Positions 1 through 12,716 of a DNA stretch of 64,000 bases are shown here, one piece after another (positions within the stretch are counted from its first letter, which is position 1; every line of letters begins with the position of its first letter). Below the pieces are notes generated by a model. That model did no database searches, had not been told where the DNA came from, and saw only the letters and a program-made list of their open reading frames with translations. The position numbers and the translations under genes were made by a program. Source of the DNA: Octopus vulgaris (lineage: Eukaryota); assembly GCA_951406725.2 (NCBI GenBank), contig OX597818.1:65782001-65846000 (forward strand), in the 5' to 3' direction.

Positions 1-387
1 AGGTAGAATTTGTGTCATACATCTGTTTTTCCCCCTTTCGTAAACAACCACAGAGGATTATATAGGCGACCGTTTCCGAAGAATTGTAGGGGAATTTGAT
101 TTATAGGTTTACGTGTTTGTTTCCCGCGAGATGTCGCTGTGTTTTGCGTCTATGGTTATATATTATCGGTTTGCACTTATATTTAATATATTCAGATTTA
201 TATCCAGTCACAATTGTGTGTCCCTGTGTGGATTTGACAGTTGGGTGTTAATTACTCTGCGTTTGTCTGTTTTGGGCAATATATACTTCTGTAATGTATT
301 GCTTTCAGAGTATAAGAACGGGTAGCATCATGGGTGGGAATGGAGATTACGTAGGAGGCTTTGGAATACTCATGATCAGTGCATATT

Positions 388-804
388 CTTTTATTCTTTT
401 ATTCTTTTACTTGTTTCAGTCATTTGACAGCGGCCATGCTGGAGCACCGCCTTTAGTCGAGCAAATCGACCCCGAGACTTATTCTTTGTAAGCCCAGTAC
501 TTATTCTATCGGTCTCTTTTGCCGAACCGCTAAGTAACGGGGACGTAAACACACCAGCATCGGTTGTCAAGCAATGCTAGGGGGACAAACACAGACACAC
601 AAACATATACACACACACTTATATATATATACATATATACGACAGGCGTCTTTCAGTTTCCGTCTACCAAATCCACTCACAAGGCATTGGTCGGCCCGGG
701 GCTATAGCAGAAGACACTTGCCCAAGATGCCATGCAGTGTGACTGAACCCGGAACCATGTGGTTGGTTAGCAAGCTACTTACTACACAGCCACTCCTGCG
801 CCTA
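388..804 (-). mobile_element. tRNA-derived SINE, family A (CORE-like; possibly octopus OR2-type), full length
   Basis: Minus strand starts with tRNA-like head GGCGCAGGAGTGGCTGTGTAGT...GGTTCAGTC, then a TTGGGCAAGTGTCTT CORE-like motif, an internal CA/TA microsatellite and a 3' tail GACTGAAACAAGTAAAAGA. Candidate TSD TGCATATT at 380-387 and 805-812. Close copies at 4170, 5385 and 36395. Confidence 0.85.
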
Positions 805-1689
805 TGCATATTTCTCAATTCTTCTAATAGGTGGCATGAAGTATACAAAACATAATTAAAGTGCCGTACAAACTGAAATAAACGCATATATGCAGTGATG
901 AGATCTGTGGTGATAAAAACTCTTCGATATGCTTGTGTGTTTATAATTTGTTTTTCATGGTGTATTATTATGAATGTGAAGAACACGAGTGATTTTAGGC
1001 ATGTATATGTGTATGTATATCTTCTGAACACTAATGGTGGCGCCAAAAAAGTAAACAAAAACGAAACCCAAAAGAATGTAGCTGTGCAATTTTCATGTGA
1101 GTTTGTGTAATTCAAGTTATATCTATTCCCGGGTTTAATATTTTACGTAAAGGCAAGAAAATCTCTTGAACGCCCACTTGAAATAAATGTTGAACTAAAA
1201 ATATATCTATATATATAAGCGTATCATTGCATCTTATCTGTGAGGTTTCATTTATATAAGTTCAGCATCGTGTTTGTTTGTTTTTTTGTATTTGTTTTTA
1301 AGTCAAGTACATAATCATCTCCACACATTTCGGAATCTGGGAATTTAAACATAATAATATAGATTATCACTTATCTCGAAGCAATTCTGTATATGCTAAG
1401 CCTTATTCTAGCGAGAGGCTTGACTGTCGCCTTTATCGGTTTTAATCTGTGGAAATCTTGAAATTCTGGAAGAATATTATTATGAATAAATTTGGTGATC
1501 TAAATATCAAATGCTAGCATGAAATCCGAACAGATTATGTAACGTTTATATATATTAAAAGCACAATTGGTGTAACTAATCCATGTTTACACTATGGAGC
1601 CTTTATGATTTCATTTGATTTAAATCGCCTTAGAGTATTTGTGGTCCAAACAACTATAATAGGATGTGATTGCTTATGATATTCATTTC

Positions 1690-1895
1690 AAACTACGGCA
1701 CTAAGCCAGCAAGATCGATGGAGGCTTACGTCGATTCCATCGGTTTCAGTGCTCAGATAGCACTTATTTTATCGATCTCGAAAAGGAAGAGAGACAAAGT
1801 CGGCCTCGGTGAAATTTTAATTTAGAACGCAAATGTAAGCGAAATGCGCCAAAGATTTTTCCTGGGCTGCTAGTGATTCCTACAGCTCGCTGCCT
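1690..1895 (-). mobile_element. Degenerate SINE family B (Meta-domain-like)
   Basis: Diverged match to the family B minus-strand pattern (TTTATCGATCTCGAAAAGG...CAAAGTCGGCCTCGGTGAAATTT...AGCTCGCTGCCTT). Confidence 0.6.
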
Positions 1896-1925
1896 TGCTA
1901 CAGCTTATAATAGTAATAGTATTAT

Positions 1926-2130
1926 TAAGGCAACGGGCTGGCAGAACAATTACGACAGCAGACAAAATGTTTAGCGGTATTTCGTCGGTGTTTAAGTTCT
2001 GAGTTCAACCTCTTCTGTTATAGACGTGACCTTTCATCTTTCGTGATCGAGAAAATACGTTCCAGTTTTGTACTGTCCCAGTTTTAACCCTTGCCCAAAT
2101 TTGCTGGCCTTGAGCCAACATCCGAAAACA
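1926..2130 (+). mobile_element. Degenerate SINE family B, head-to-head with the previous copy
   Basis: AAGGCAACGGGCTGGCAGAA head, TCTGAGTTCAA B-box region, CCTTTCATCTTTCGTGATCGAGAAAATACGTTCCAG core. Confidence 0.6.
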
Positions 2131-3908
2131 AAATTAACCCCATAAATACAATTCTTTAATATATATTCCATCTTCCATAGGTATGACTTTGAATCTCCTT
2201 GCCCTACTCCTACTACTCTGCATGAAGTAGACAGTTACTAGTTAGATTATATGTTTATAATTAATTATTTTAGTAAGAAAGTATAGCTTTAATAAAGGCG
2301 TTCGCGATCATTGTTAATATATTTCCTTAGGGCGGTAACTTTTTGTTTTTCAGTTTCCTTTCGATTACGAAAATCGTAGTTCATAGCGCCTCAATTATCA
2401 GTGAAAATATGTAATTCTAAATTTCTAGTACTACAACTACCATAACTACGGCGGAAGGTGATGGTGCTACTTAGAACAATCACATACACACACACAAACA
2501 TACACACCTACAAACACATACACACATGCACGCACACAGAAAAATAAGCTTTCGCCCATAAGCATATAAATCATAAAAAAGCAAAATGAAATAAGTGGAG
2601 CAAGAGCAAACACACTGACGAAAAGTGTCGCTGAAAAGGTCTAGATTTGTGACGAAAGATTTCCGGACAATGGACTTCAGTTAGAATAACAACTGAAATA
2701 TACGAGTGATAAATAAGAATATAGCGTGTATATATTTGGCAAAAAAAAAAAAAAAAAAAAATGAAAATCATCCCGAAACACAACAATGCCATAATTTTAT
2801 ACCTCTGTTAATTGGATAAATATTACACCTATACCTAATAATCTATGTCAGGTGTCCATTTGTTTTTGAAACAATCTGTTTCGCTTTAAAAATTGATGTA
2901 TGAGGGATTGTCACCGTCGATATCTGTACGATTATCTTTCCTTGTATTTCTTTCCTATTTTTCTCTTCTAGATATTCGCTTTCTCTTTATTACTCTTCCT
3001 TCCTGTCTGTCTCTCCTTCTTTCTCTCTCTCTCTCACTCACTCTCTCTCTCTATCTCTTTCCCTCTCTCTCTCTCTATCTATCTATCTGTTTCTCGTCTC
3101 TGTCTTTCTCTGGTAAATTTCTTCCGCACTTCTAGAAATCTCCACTGAGTGACTTTATAGAATAATTAGCAATATCTGCCTTAATTAACATTTGTATATT
3201 ATCTTCGGCAGTCTTTTACGATTGCGCTGGTTGCATGCATAACTACTATAGTTATTTCAGCCATTTGATATACCGCAACATATATACGAAATCGACAGCC
3301 CTTATACTACGGTAATAAAACATGGAAATAAAATCGATTGATTGATATCCTTGTATATACCGCCCGCTTCAAAGAACCTTTATTCGGCGCAAATCAAAGT
3401 TCTTTAATATACTCTATCTCTGCAGGATGTCGCCACTATCTTTGATAGTTTGAGACTGAAATTGGCGCTTACCATTTCTCTATTCTTTGCGTCATGTTAT
3501 TAATTCCAATATATATTTGGTAAAACTTTCTTCATCTGCTTGATCACACCCTGTTTTGACTTTCTACTATCCCTCATAACTTACTTGAATCACCAATGTT
3601 TCTGATTGTCTTCCTATATCCCAGCGCCCTTTTCTGACTGTTTGTCTTCAGCGCGTGTCGTTGTGGTACGTAGAACAAGAGTACGACAATATTTCTTGTA
3701 TTAGAGTTTGAAAATGTAACATGCTCTCTGTTATGATTTCCAGTAGCTTTAGAGAGAATGTATTTCATACATACCTGGTTGTAAGATTTTATGTGCAAAT
3801 GAATTATAGCATTCGGTTCTTTTTTAATTTAAGTCACACACACACCCATATATGTATCCTGGTATGTACTCATGAATTGAGAAATAATATCGTGAAAAAC
3901 ACATACAA

Positions 3909-3958
<50 letters not shown>

Positions 3959-3959
3959 C

Positions 3960-4160
3960 GGAGATGTACTCGCATAGCAAGTAATTTTATCTGAGATCGT
4001 GTGCTGAAACGAAAATAATTGCAGCGTGGAAGGTGTTTATAAGCCATTTAAGAAACACACAAAAGCCGTTCGATTCACTTCAACATTTAAGTTTGATTTG
4101 TCAAAATAGTTTCGTCGCTAAAATCCGTGACCTGTTCACTGACAAAAATCCGTGCTGGTT
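3960..4160 (-). repeat. Probable Penelope-type terminal-repeat fragment with a degenerate hammerhead-like fold
   Basis: Minus strand 4146-4097 reads TTTGTC-AGTGAACA-GGTCACG...GCGAC-GAAA-CTAT-TTT-GACAAA. Stems I and II and GAAA are present but the CUGANGA core is altered. Bounded by (TA)n. Confidence 0.35.
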
Positions 4161-4169
4161 TATATATAT

Positions 4170-4577
4170 ACTCTTTTACTGTTTTACTTGTTTCAGTCAT
4201 TTGACTGTGGACATGCTCGAGCACCGCCTTTAATCGAGCAACTCGACTCCGGGACTTATTCTTCTGTAAGCCCAGTACTTATTCTATCGGTCTCTTTTGC
4301 CGAACCGCTAAGTAACGGGGACATAATCACACCAGCATCGGTTGTCAAGCAATGCTAGGGGGACAAACAGAGACACACAAACACACGCACGCATATATAT
4401 ATACATATATATACGACGGGCTTCTTTCAGTTTCCGTCTACCAAATCCACTCACAAGGCTTTGGTCGCCCCGAGGCTATAGCAGAAGACACTTGCCCAAG
4501 ATGCCACGCAGTCGGACTGAACCCGGAATCATGTGGTTGATAAACAAGCTACTTACCACACAGCCACTCCTGCGCCT
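4170..4577 (-). mobile_element. SINE family A, full length, inserted in (TA)n
   Basis: High identity by eye to 388-804 over the whole length. Confidence 0.85.
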
Positions 4578-5064
4578 ATATATATATATATATATATTTC
4601 AGAATGAGATACAGAACCAAGGCTGTGAAAATTTTAGAACATTTATAGATAGACGTTCTTACAGCTGTTTCCAGGATATTTATTATATCCCTCATCGGAA
4701 AGGGTGTGAGAAAATGGTTAAGCAATAGTTAATTTAGATAAGATACGAAATACAGGGTGAAATGGAAGAATGAAAATAGATGTGAGATATTGCATTTGCA
4801 GATCTATTTTTTAGGCAGAATTGTATACATATAAGATTCCAATAACTTTTGAGTAAAATCCAATAGTAATTAAAATTGGTCATTCCAAGTGTAGCGTTTG
4901 TACACTGTGCTATTGAATCAAGGCTTTTATTTAAAGTGACCTGAAAGTAGGAAACGTATTTGTAAGGCCATAAACGAAAACAAGAGGAGAAGAATAAAGA
5001 AAAGAGAAGAGAGAAGAAAGGAAGAAAAACAGGAAAAGAGGAATAAAGAAAAGAAACATCGCTT

Positions 5065-5181
5065 GTGTGTTTACACCCCCGTAACTTAGCGGATCGGCAA
5101 AAGAGACCGATAGAATAAGTACTAGCCTTACAAAGAATAAGTTCGGGTGTCCATTTCCTCGACTGAAACAAGTAAAAGAGA
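5065..5181 (+). mobile_element. SINE family A, 3' fragment
   Basis: TTAGCGGATCGGCAAAAGAGACCGATAGAATAAGTACT...GACTGAAACAAGTAAAAGAG matches the family A 3' end. Confidence 0.75.
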
Positions 5182-5384
5182 ATGTATTGTGCAAAAGTGT
5201 CCTTAGTACAAAAACGTTGCTTTTTTAGAAAACGAAATAATAGTTTCACCATTCCATATTTCAACATTAAGCAACAGTTTCAATTAACAATAATATTTGG
5301 TTGGTTACATAAAATTGTATCTCGATGCTTTTATGATATTTCCAGTCAGAAATAGCTTTGCAAATCTGTCGTATGGCAGACTTA

Positions 5385-5788
5385 CTCTTTTACTTGTTTC
5401 AGTCATTTGACTGCGGCCATGCTGGAGCACCGCCTTTAATCGAGCAACTCGACCCCGGAACTTATTCTATTGTAAGCCCAGTACTTATTATATCGGTCTC
5501 TTTTGCCGAACCGCTAAGTGACGGGGACAGAAACACACCAGCATCGGTTGTCAAGCAATGCTAGGGGGACAAACACAGACACACAAACACACACACGCAT
5601 ACATATATACATATATACATATATACGACGGGCTTCTTTCAGTTTCCGTCTACCAAATCCACTCACAAGGCTTTGGTCGGCCCGAGGCTATAGTAGAAGA
5701 CACTTGCCCAAGGTGCCACGCAGTGGGACTGAACCCGGAACCATGTGGTTGGTAGACAGGCTACTTACCACACAGCCACTCCTGCGCC
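5385..5788 (-). mobile_element. SINE family A, full length
   Basis: Near-identical to 4170-4577. Possible diverged TSD at 5372-5391 and 5789-5808. Confidence 0.85.
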
Positions 5789-6089
5789 TATGCAGGAGTT
5801 ACACTTTTGAAAAATGCTAAACTGTTGTACTACACTCAGACAGTTTCCATATCTCAGCATATGAAGCAGCTGGAGATACGATAGTTTGACCAAAAGAACC
5901 GGCTATTGCAAGCAAAATTCAACAGTGGTCATATTTAGACATACGACACTTTAACATAATAAATATTATAATAACATAATAACAATGTATATTTTTATAT
6001 ATGCATGAATACATATATTCCGGATTATGCACAAACACAATAGTTCGAGTCTTCTTGTCTCCATCTTTTAGATTTTATCGACAGTCCTG

Positions 6090-6167
6090 GAACATGCCAC
6101 TCAGTAGGATTGAACTTCGTACTATGTGGTTGGGAAGCAACCGTGTTACCACTCAGCCACGCCTGCG

Positions 6168-6170
<3 letters not shown>
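6090..6170 (-). mobile_element. SINE family A, head fragment
   Basis: ATGCCACTCAGTAGGATTGAAC...CAGCCACGCCTGCGCCTA matches the family A tRNA head. Confidence 0.65.
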
Positions 6171-6221
<51 letters not shown>

Positions 6222-6984
6222 CACACATACACCCACACCTGTGTGTCTGTATATGTAGATGTGCATACACAAAATGATAGATATATACATAGATAAATAT
6301 ATAGATGCATACATACATACATAGATACAGACACAGACGCATATACAGTCACGTGCACACATGCAAACACAGGCATTTGAAATTACCCTTCTCCCAAATA
6401 GAACAAACTAAAGTGTGAACGATGTGTGAACAGCAGGTGGCTTCACACTTCGTTGCATTCCAGCAGACACCGCCTGCCATATAAACTACATTACAGGCGC
6501 AAGCAACTGACCATTGTCCCTCTACTACGACTATGGTAAATTGTAGGCAGAAGCGCAACAATTATTGTAGTAGTAATCATCAGGGTCATATATCGGTGAA
6601 TTAAACCCTTAATAAAATTTTTCAAGAAAAGCAACTTTGGTTTTGAATTGCTCTGTCAATGAGAGAACATTATCTACCAAAGTAAGCAAAAAAAAACTGA
6701 CACGGCATTAAAAGCTGTTAATGTAATTGGGAAGTAATATTTGTGGCAGTATAATGGACCTTTAGTCTTGTAGATTATCACTTGTCTCTAGGCCGTGTTT
6801 CCCCTTGCAAAGCAATACCCCTATGGCACTCAAAAATGAAAAACAAAAGCGAAAGTACGCCAAAACACTTTAATATGTTTTGAAGACAGAGAAAAAGAGA
6901 GCTGGTTTATGGAAGACCATCGGGCATGTGACGATACTTATTGTTTGCAAGCCAGCAACTCAATTTATGAGTCGCTAAATAGAA

Positions 6985-7410
6985 CAGACTTAAGCTGAAA
7001 CATTACCGACATTCTCTGTTACTCTACTCGAATTTCATGTTTACGTTTTCACCTGTAATTAGTGAAGCACAATGATATGGAAACGCACTGCCTAAGTATC
7101 ACTCCTGCGAAATTAAGATTCTCTAGCCAGAATGGAGAAAGTTTTTTCGAAGACTAAAGTTTTCACTATTGCTGTAAGTGTAAAAATTTGTAAATTTGCA
7201 AATTTATCATTTAAGCATATAGGCGCATGTCTAGACACGCAAGCATATGCATGGGAATACATGCATGAAACAATACAAATCTGCTCCTGCACTGACACCA
7301 AATACTGCAAAATTAACTTGTTGATGTTGAAATTGTAATACAGGAATTTCAGGCTAGAAATCAGTTCTTTCTTCTTTGACAAAGATTCTTGAAATAAAAC
7401 TGAATGATGG
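6985..7410 (+). mobile_element. Old 3' fragment of an R4/Dong-like (REL endonuclease) non-LTR retroelement
   Basis: Similar to 7850-8480: GTAAAAATTTGTAAA..TTTATCATTTAAGCATA, TGATGTTGAAATT, CTAGAAATC..TTCTTTC, terminus TTGAAATAAAACTGAA. Confidence 0.55.
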
Positions 7411-7544
7411 CATACATTTAGACATAGATATATAGATAGAAAAATAGATAGATATATAGGTAGTTATGCAGGTAGGTATATACACACACACATACATACA
7501 TACATACATACATACATACATACTTACATACATGCATATATAGT

Positions 7545-8480
7545 CTCATCTACCGATGATACATGATTTTGTAGCTGGGAAACACTATAATGTAATCTAT
7601 CGAAAGGATAATCCCGAGGAGAAAGAAATAAGAACCCACAGTATGATAGAAGCTATAGCCATTCATAATAAAAAGGAGTGCTGATAGAATGCCCCTCTGA
7701 AAACCTCAATAAAACGAAGGACCATATCTAGTGATATGCAATAGAGAAGAGAAACTGTGTGCAATTATAGAAATTAGCTGCCCAGCGGATGTTAACATAA
7801 AGCTGAGGATCAGTGAAAAAGAGAATACCTATGCTGAACTATTGAGAAATCTGCAGTTACTCTATCCAGATTACAAGTTCCGGTTTATACCTGTAATTAC
7901 CGGGATCCTGGGATATGCAACACACCAATCTTGAGAAAGTAGGCTTCACAAACCCAGAAAGGTAATTCGATGATTTCAGATCCAATCCATCACTGGAACT
8001 GTAAAAATCTGTAAAACCTTCCAGAATTTTATCATTTAAACATATATGAGTTTGTCTTGATATACGACTCTATGCAAGAGAATACTTACATAAAGCAAAT
8101 CATACACATTTTTGCACGTGCATATGTACATACATAGAAACAAAAATACTCTGTTACCCATGTTGTACTCTTTTCACTGATCCTCAGCTTTATGTTCACA
8201 TCCGCTGGGCAGCTAATTTCAATAATTACGCACAGTTTCTCTTCTCTATTGCATATCACTAGATAAAGTCCTTTGTGCTTACGTCTTATTGAGGTTTTCA
8301 CTGGGGCGTTCGATCAGCACTCATTTTTATTATGAGTGGCTATAGCTTGTATCATACTGCGGGTTCTTATTTCTTTCTCCTCGGGATTATCCTTCCAAAG
8401 AAGGAGCCTTGGATCTAGATTAGAAACCGTCTCTTTCTCTATTGGCTAGAAATCTTCAAATAAAACTGAACAATATCATA
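7545..8480 (+). mobile_element. 5'-truncated R4/Dong-like non-LTR retrotransposon (REL domain plus 3' UTR) with an internal inverted segment
   Basis: ORF 7731-7934 ICNREEKLCAIIEISCPADVNIKLRISEKENTYAELLRNLQLLYPDYKFRFIPVITGILGY fits the PD..E..K..Y restriction-like endonuclease C-terminus. Ends AAATAAAACTGAACAATAT followed by CATACATACATA. 8166-8397 is an inverted copy of about 7600-7826. Confidence 0.75.
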
Positions 8481-9103
8481 CATACATATACACGGTGAGT
8501 GAGCAGGTGCTTAATATTTCCCGCCGAGTGACAAATGCAAATTTTCTGCTGATGTGAATATACCCCACCGCCCCCCAAAAAGACACTAAAACTAAACGAA
8601 TATCCACTGATTTGTTTCCGTTGTTAAATATTTCTTTGTACTAGGATCCATTCAAGCTATACTAGCTGCAATATATATTTACTGACCACGTATAATGCAC
8701 TTTATTTAACGGTAAACAATATATTATCTTTCTTGAAACATGATATCTTCCACAACTATCGTGTTATTTAAACAATGGCATTTCCAATGCAACCTCACAC
8801 ATATTCACAATTCCATAAATTGTATTAACTTGCTTTAAGATTTATTGTTACTAACACTAAAACGTACTAAATACTCGTATTGTTTTTCATTATTATCACA
8901 ATTCCGTCCCATTAATTTTTTCTAAACGTACATGTCCATGATTTTCTCGATTCAGTGTTGCTAAAAGTATTCGCATCTAAACAATTAAATTATGATATCT
9001 GCGAGAGTATTTCTTTTTATCTCGGGTCCGTAAATCGATTTGGTATGTTTAGTTTTAAGAAATTCTATTTCAATTTAACTCTTCTATAAACTCATCCGAT
9101 ACT

Positions 9104-9443
9104 TCAGGAGGATGAGACCTCCGTCGATCATGAATGACCATGGGATTGCACCTAGAAATTTAACCTCCGGGACACAAGTCTGGGCAGGGCTGTTTATGGA
9201 AGGCTAGCAATTGCCCATGCATACCAGCCTCCCCTCTCAACACCTCTGATGTTACCCAAAGGAAAGGCAAAGGCCGATAAAGTTTGGCACCAGTGATGTC
9301 GCAAATCCTACAGCTGAGTCAAATGGAGCAACGTGAAATAAAGTGTCTTGCTCAAGAACACAACAGCAACGGGGTAGGGGAATTGTACTCACAACCTCAC
9401 GGTCGTAAGCTCGACGTGTTAACCACTGAGCCATGCGCCTTCA
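9104..9443 (-). mobile_element. tRNA-derived SINE family C
   Basis: Head GGCGCATGGCTCAGTGGTTAA, TCTTGAGCAAGACACTT core, tail TCTAGGTGCAATCCCATGGTCATTCATGA. Candidate TSD CATCCGA(T/G)ACT at 9093-9103 and 9444-9454. Second copy at 61890. Confidence 0.8.
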
Positions 9444-10656
9444 CATCCGAGACTATACATTACAATATCACATAACTCCTTGTTATATTACATCAGTGAT
9501 ACGGTAATAGATGAAGATATTGTTGTTGTCGTTCTAATCTAATCCGGTATTCGATGAAAATGCTGTCAAGAATATTATAACTAAGTTATATATAAACAGT
9601 TGGATTGGAGGAAAATGAGTCCACTCAGATGTACACAATACAGTTGATGAGGTGGAAGTATCGCAAACCGTATTATGTGTAGTATAACCATAAGTATTCC
9701 GTGGATATATACCCATGTCCATTGAAAGTCTGTATCTAAAACTTTTAACCATATTAGCTACATTTTTTCTCGGGATCATAGTTCGATAAGATACATCCTT
9801 TTTAATAAATTGAATTATTATATTTTCCTCAACTCTCTATATGCAACACATTCCATGTTTCTTTACATCTGCAGTTCAGAGACTTCATTTAATACGTTCC
9901 CTCTTTAGATCAATACATCACTTGTTTTTACGATCGTTTTAATCACTTAAAATTTGATAATTATTGCCTTTGGATATGAACAAACAGTCTTCCCAGTTTG
10001 AATGGCTACGTTTATCAACTGAGAAGTTACAGCTCCCGTAACACGAAACTGTGAATGTAACGCAATCGAAATTCCTTAGGCTTTGACACCCTGCACGTCC
10101 ACCTATGGATAGGCTAGTATCAAATGGCTTGCATATTATGCAGTTTATCACACTTAGAAATGATGGCGAAATTCTGATGATGGATGCTTCTGATAGCATC
10201 CTATAGAGAAGGTCTTTCGTGGTGTTATTGTGTGTGTGTGCGTATGTGAGTGTGTGTTTGTATGTATCTATGTTGGTTCAGTTTGCAGAAGGCATGTGCT
10301 TGCTTAAAGATCTCAGTAAGAACCGCGAAGTAAGAAAGAAAATAATGATAGTTAACGTAATAAAATTTCCGACGTTTGAAAAGAAACTGCGGGATAAATG
10401 ACAATGGCAATTAAATTCCGTTTAAAATTCAATGGAATTCATAAGCGAATACCTTAATCAATTATCATTTAAACCATTCCTTTAAGTTCTCTGTCGACTT
10501 CCCCCACGAGGTACTACAGCTCAAAAATTCTAAAATTTATAACCCATAGTATATTGAAAGGAAAAGGAGTGTAATTTTTTGTACGATATGTAAGCGTGAG
10601 TTTGTTTTGCTCAAAATATGTGTATATTATATATTATATATATTCATATGTATAAA

Positions 10657-10720
<64 letters not shown>

Positions 10721-11246
10721 CATATATATTGTTGAGCGAAGGAGGTAGATCAATATTAGAAAACAACCGCTAAAATAATTTTTTCGTTTAACGCAAAACT
10801 AACATTGCTGTTGATTACAACCCAAAAATACAGCACGCAATGGATTTGATTATAATATTGTTTGTACATTCTAGATGTGAACCGCAGGTTAATTACTTTA
10901 GCTTCACAATTTTTAAAGATAATTACACATACTATAATATATTCATTTTGTATTCGGCAGAAATTAGATTTTCAGAAATATACATTCCTTCATTAAAATT
11001 GAAAACGACTGCATAAAACAAATCCGAACAAAATGGCAAGTGAAACTATATATGTAGTAATATAAGTCTTTCACGACGACAATCACGTGTGGCAAATGGC
11101 GTTTCTTGGTACAGAGATACCCATCTAAAATTAGGTTGGGTAATATACTAATAATATGTATATCTTCCCCACAATCTCTGTAGATATATGGTACAACAAG
11201 GAACCAATATTTACTGGAAGATATCAATCGTAATAAATACGACGCT

Positions 11247-11285
<39 letters not shown>

Positions 11286-11287
<2 letters not shown>

Positions 11288-11498
11288 CAAAATTAAGGAA
11301 CGGCCATAATAGGCCATTCAACCCACTAGAAATAGCAGCCAAGGCTTCAACCGCAAAACAATATTAATTCCGTAAACCAGGAGAAAAATTTTAAAATTTT
11401 CTCCTGGTTTACGGAATTAATATTGTTTTGCGGTTGAAGCCTTGGCTGCTATTTCTAGTGGGTTGAATGGCCTATTATGGCCGTTCCTTAATTTTGCT
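11286..11498. repeat. Near-perfect 213-bp palindrome with identical 102-bp arms
   Basis: 11286-11387 is the exact reverse complement of 11397-11498. The centre ATTTTAAAA is self-complementary except for one A. Confidence 0.95.
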
Positions 11499-12079
11499 GT
11501 TGAATTTATTAATAGTCTCTGACTATTTACTTTTTTCCCACTAGGCCGCTGGTGGCAAATAATTTCTACTGAATTTTTTGCCACCCTATATTGATTAATA
11601 AATAAATATATATATATATATATCTTACGCGACCCTCGCTGAAGAAGCGTACAGATATGCGGAACACTAGATGTTCAGTCTGAGATATTCTCGATTCGGT
11701 TATGGGAAGTTTCCTCCGTGTATCATCGCATGTCTATACTTTTGCGCTCTTCATACAACACAGGGAGTGTTTTACTTCTATTTCTACCAATGTAGGTGTC
11801 TCCGCACACAGTCACATTTAGTGACTGTGTATCGTATTGCGACCTACTGCTTATATTAATTTTATATAGAAATGAGTACGTGTGTTTATGCATACATATA
11901 CGTATACCTACCTACTTACACACACACACACAAATATATATATATATTTACACAAAACTGTGCATCATTAGAAAACATTTTAAGTCTGCTTACAATCTAA
12001 CTTTGTTTTTCATAGAACTCTCTTCGATACTTCATGAGTGTAGCCTCACCCACTAGGATGTTTGGAAAACTCATATGTG

Positions 12080-12170
12080 TTTTGGCTGATGAATACGGGA
12101 CACTTGTATTTGCTGCAATATTTGCAGCTTTTAATAAATATGTTCTTCGTATGAAACAATTGTACTGAAA
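12080..12170 (+). ncRNA. Minimal type I hammerhead ribozyme motif (Penelope type)
   Basis: Stem I TTTTGG/CTGAAA; core CTGATGA (12086-12092); stem II ATACGGG/TTCGTAT enclosing hairpin GCTGCAA-TAT-TTGCAGC; then GAAAC-AATT-GTA. Predicted cleavage after A12164. Confidence 0.65.
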
Positions 12171-12569
12171 AACTGATCCATTCTTGTTGCTTTTTTCTTT
12201 TATATATTTACACAGATATACCTCCAGAGGCGGTGGGGTTAAATATATGAATGTTTGAAAGCGAAGTTACTATCCACGCTTAGTTTGGAACAAGGCTGCC
12301 AATTCTGAGAGGCAGGGATGTTCTTTCCATGGCCTTCAGTGTTCAACTACTACACGTAATATCATCACTGCTGGGATAAAATGCAAATTAGAACTGAACA
12401 GCATCTGAATTTAGAACTGGGAAAGGTCTGTCTTAGCATCATGCACCACGCGGTGAAGATACTGCACATCGCCGATTTAGATCGCGTTATAAGAAAAACA
12501 GATTCACGTTAAGAAATTTTCATTACATTTGAATTAGGGACTAATCAATTCTATTTGCAGTTATGATAA

Positions 12570-12651
12570 GTATGTATGTATGTATGTATGTATGTATGTA
12601 TGTATGTATGTATGTATGTATGTATGTATGTATATATGTATTTATGTATGC

Positions 12652-12713
<62 letters not shown>
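12570..12713. repeat. Compound microsatellite (TATG)n-(TA)n-(TG)n
   Basis: Directly visible. Confidence 0.95.

Positions 12714-12716
<3 letters not shown>

Noticed and set aside
294-5820. Repeated ORFs such as MLGGQTQTH... and ...RLPNPLTRLWSARGYSRRHLPK that look like a gene family
   Set aside because: They lie on the antisense strand of SINE family A copies and their frames differ between copies.
10015-10205. Two hammerhead-like hairpins (GTTAC/GTAAC; CTGATGA-T-GGATGCT/AGCATCC)
   Set aside because: The first has a broken core and wrong spacing; the second lacks GAAA.
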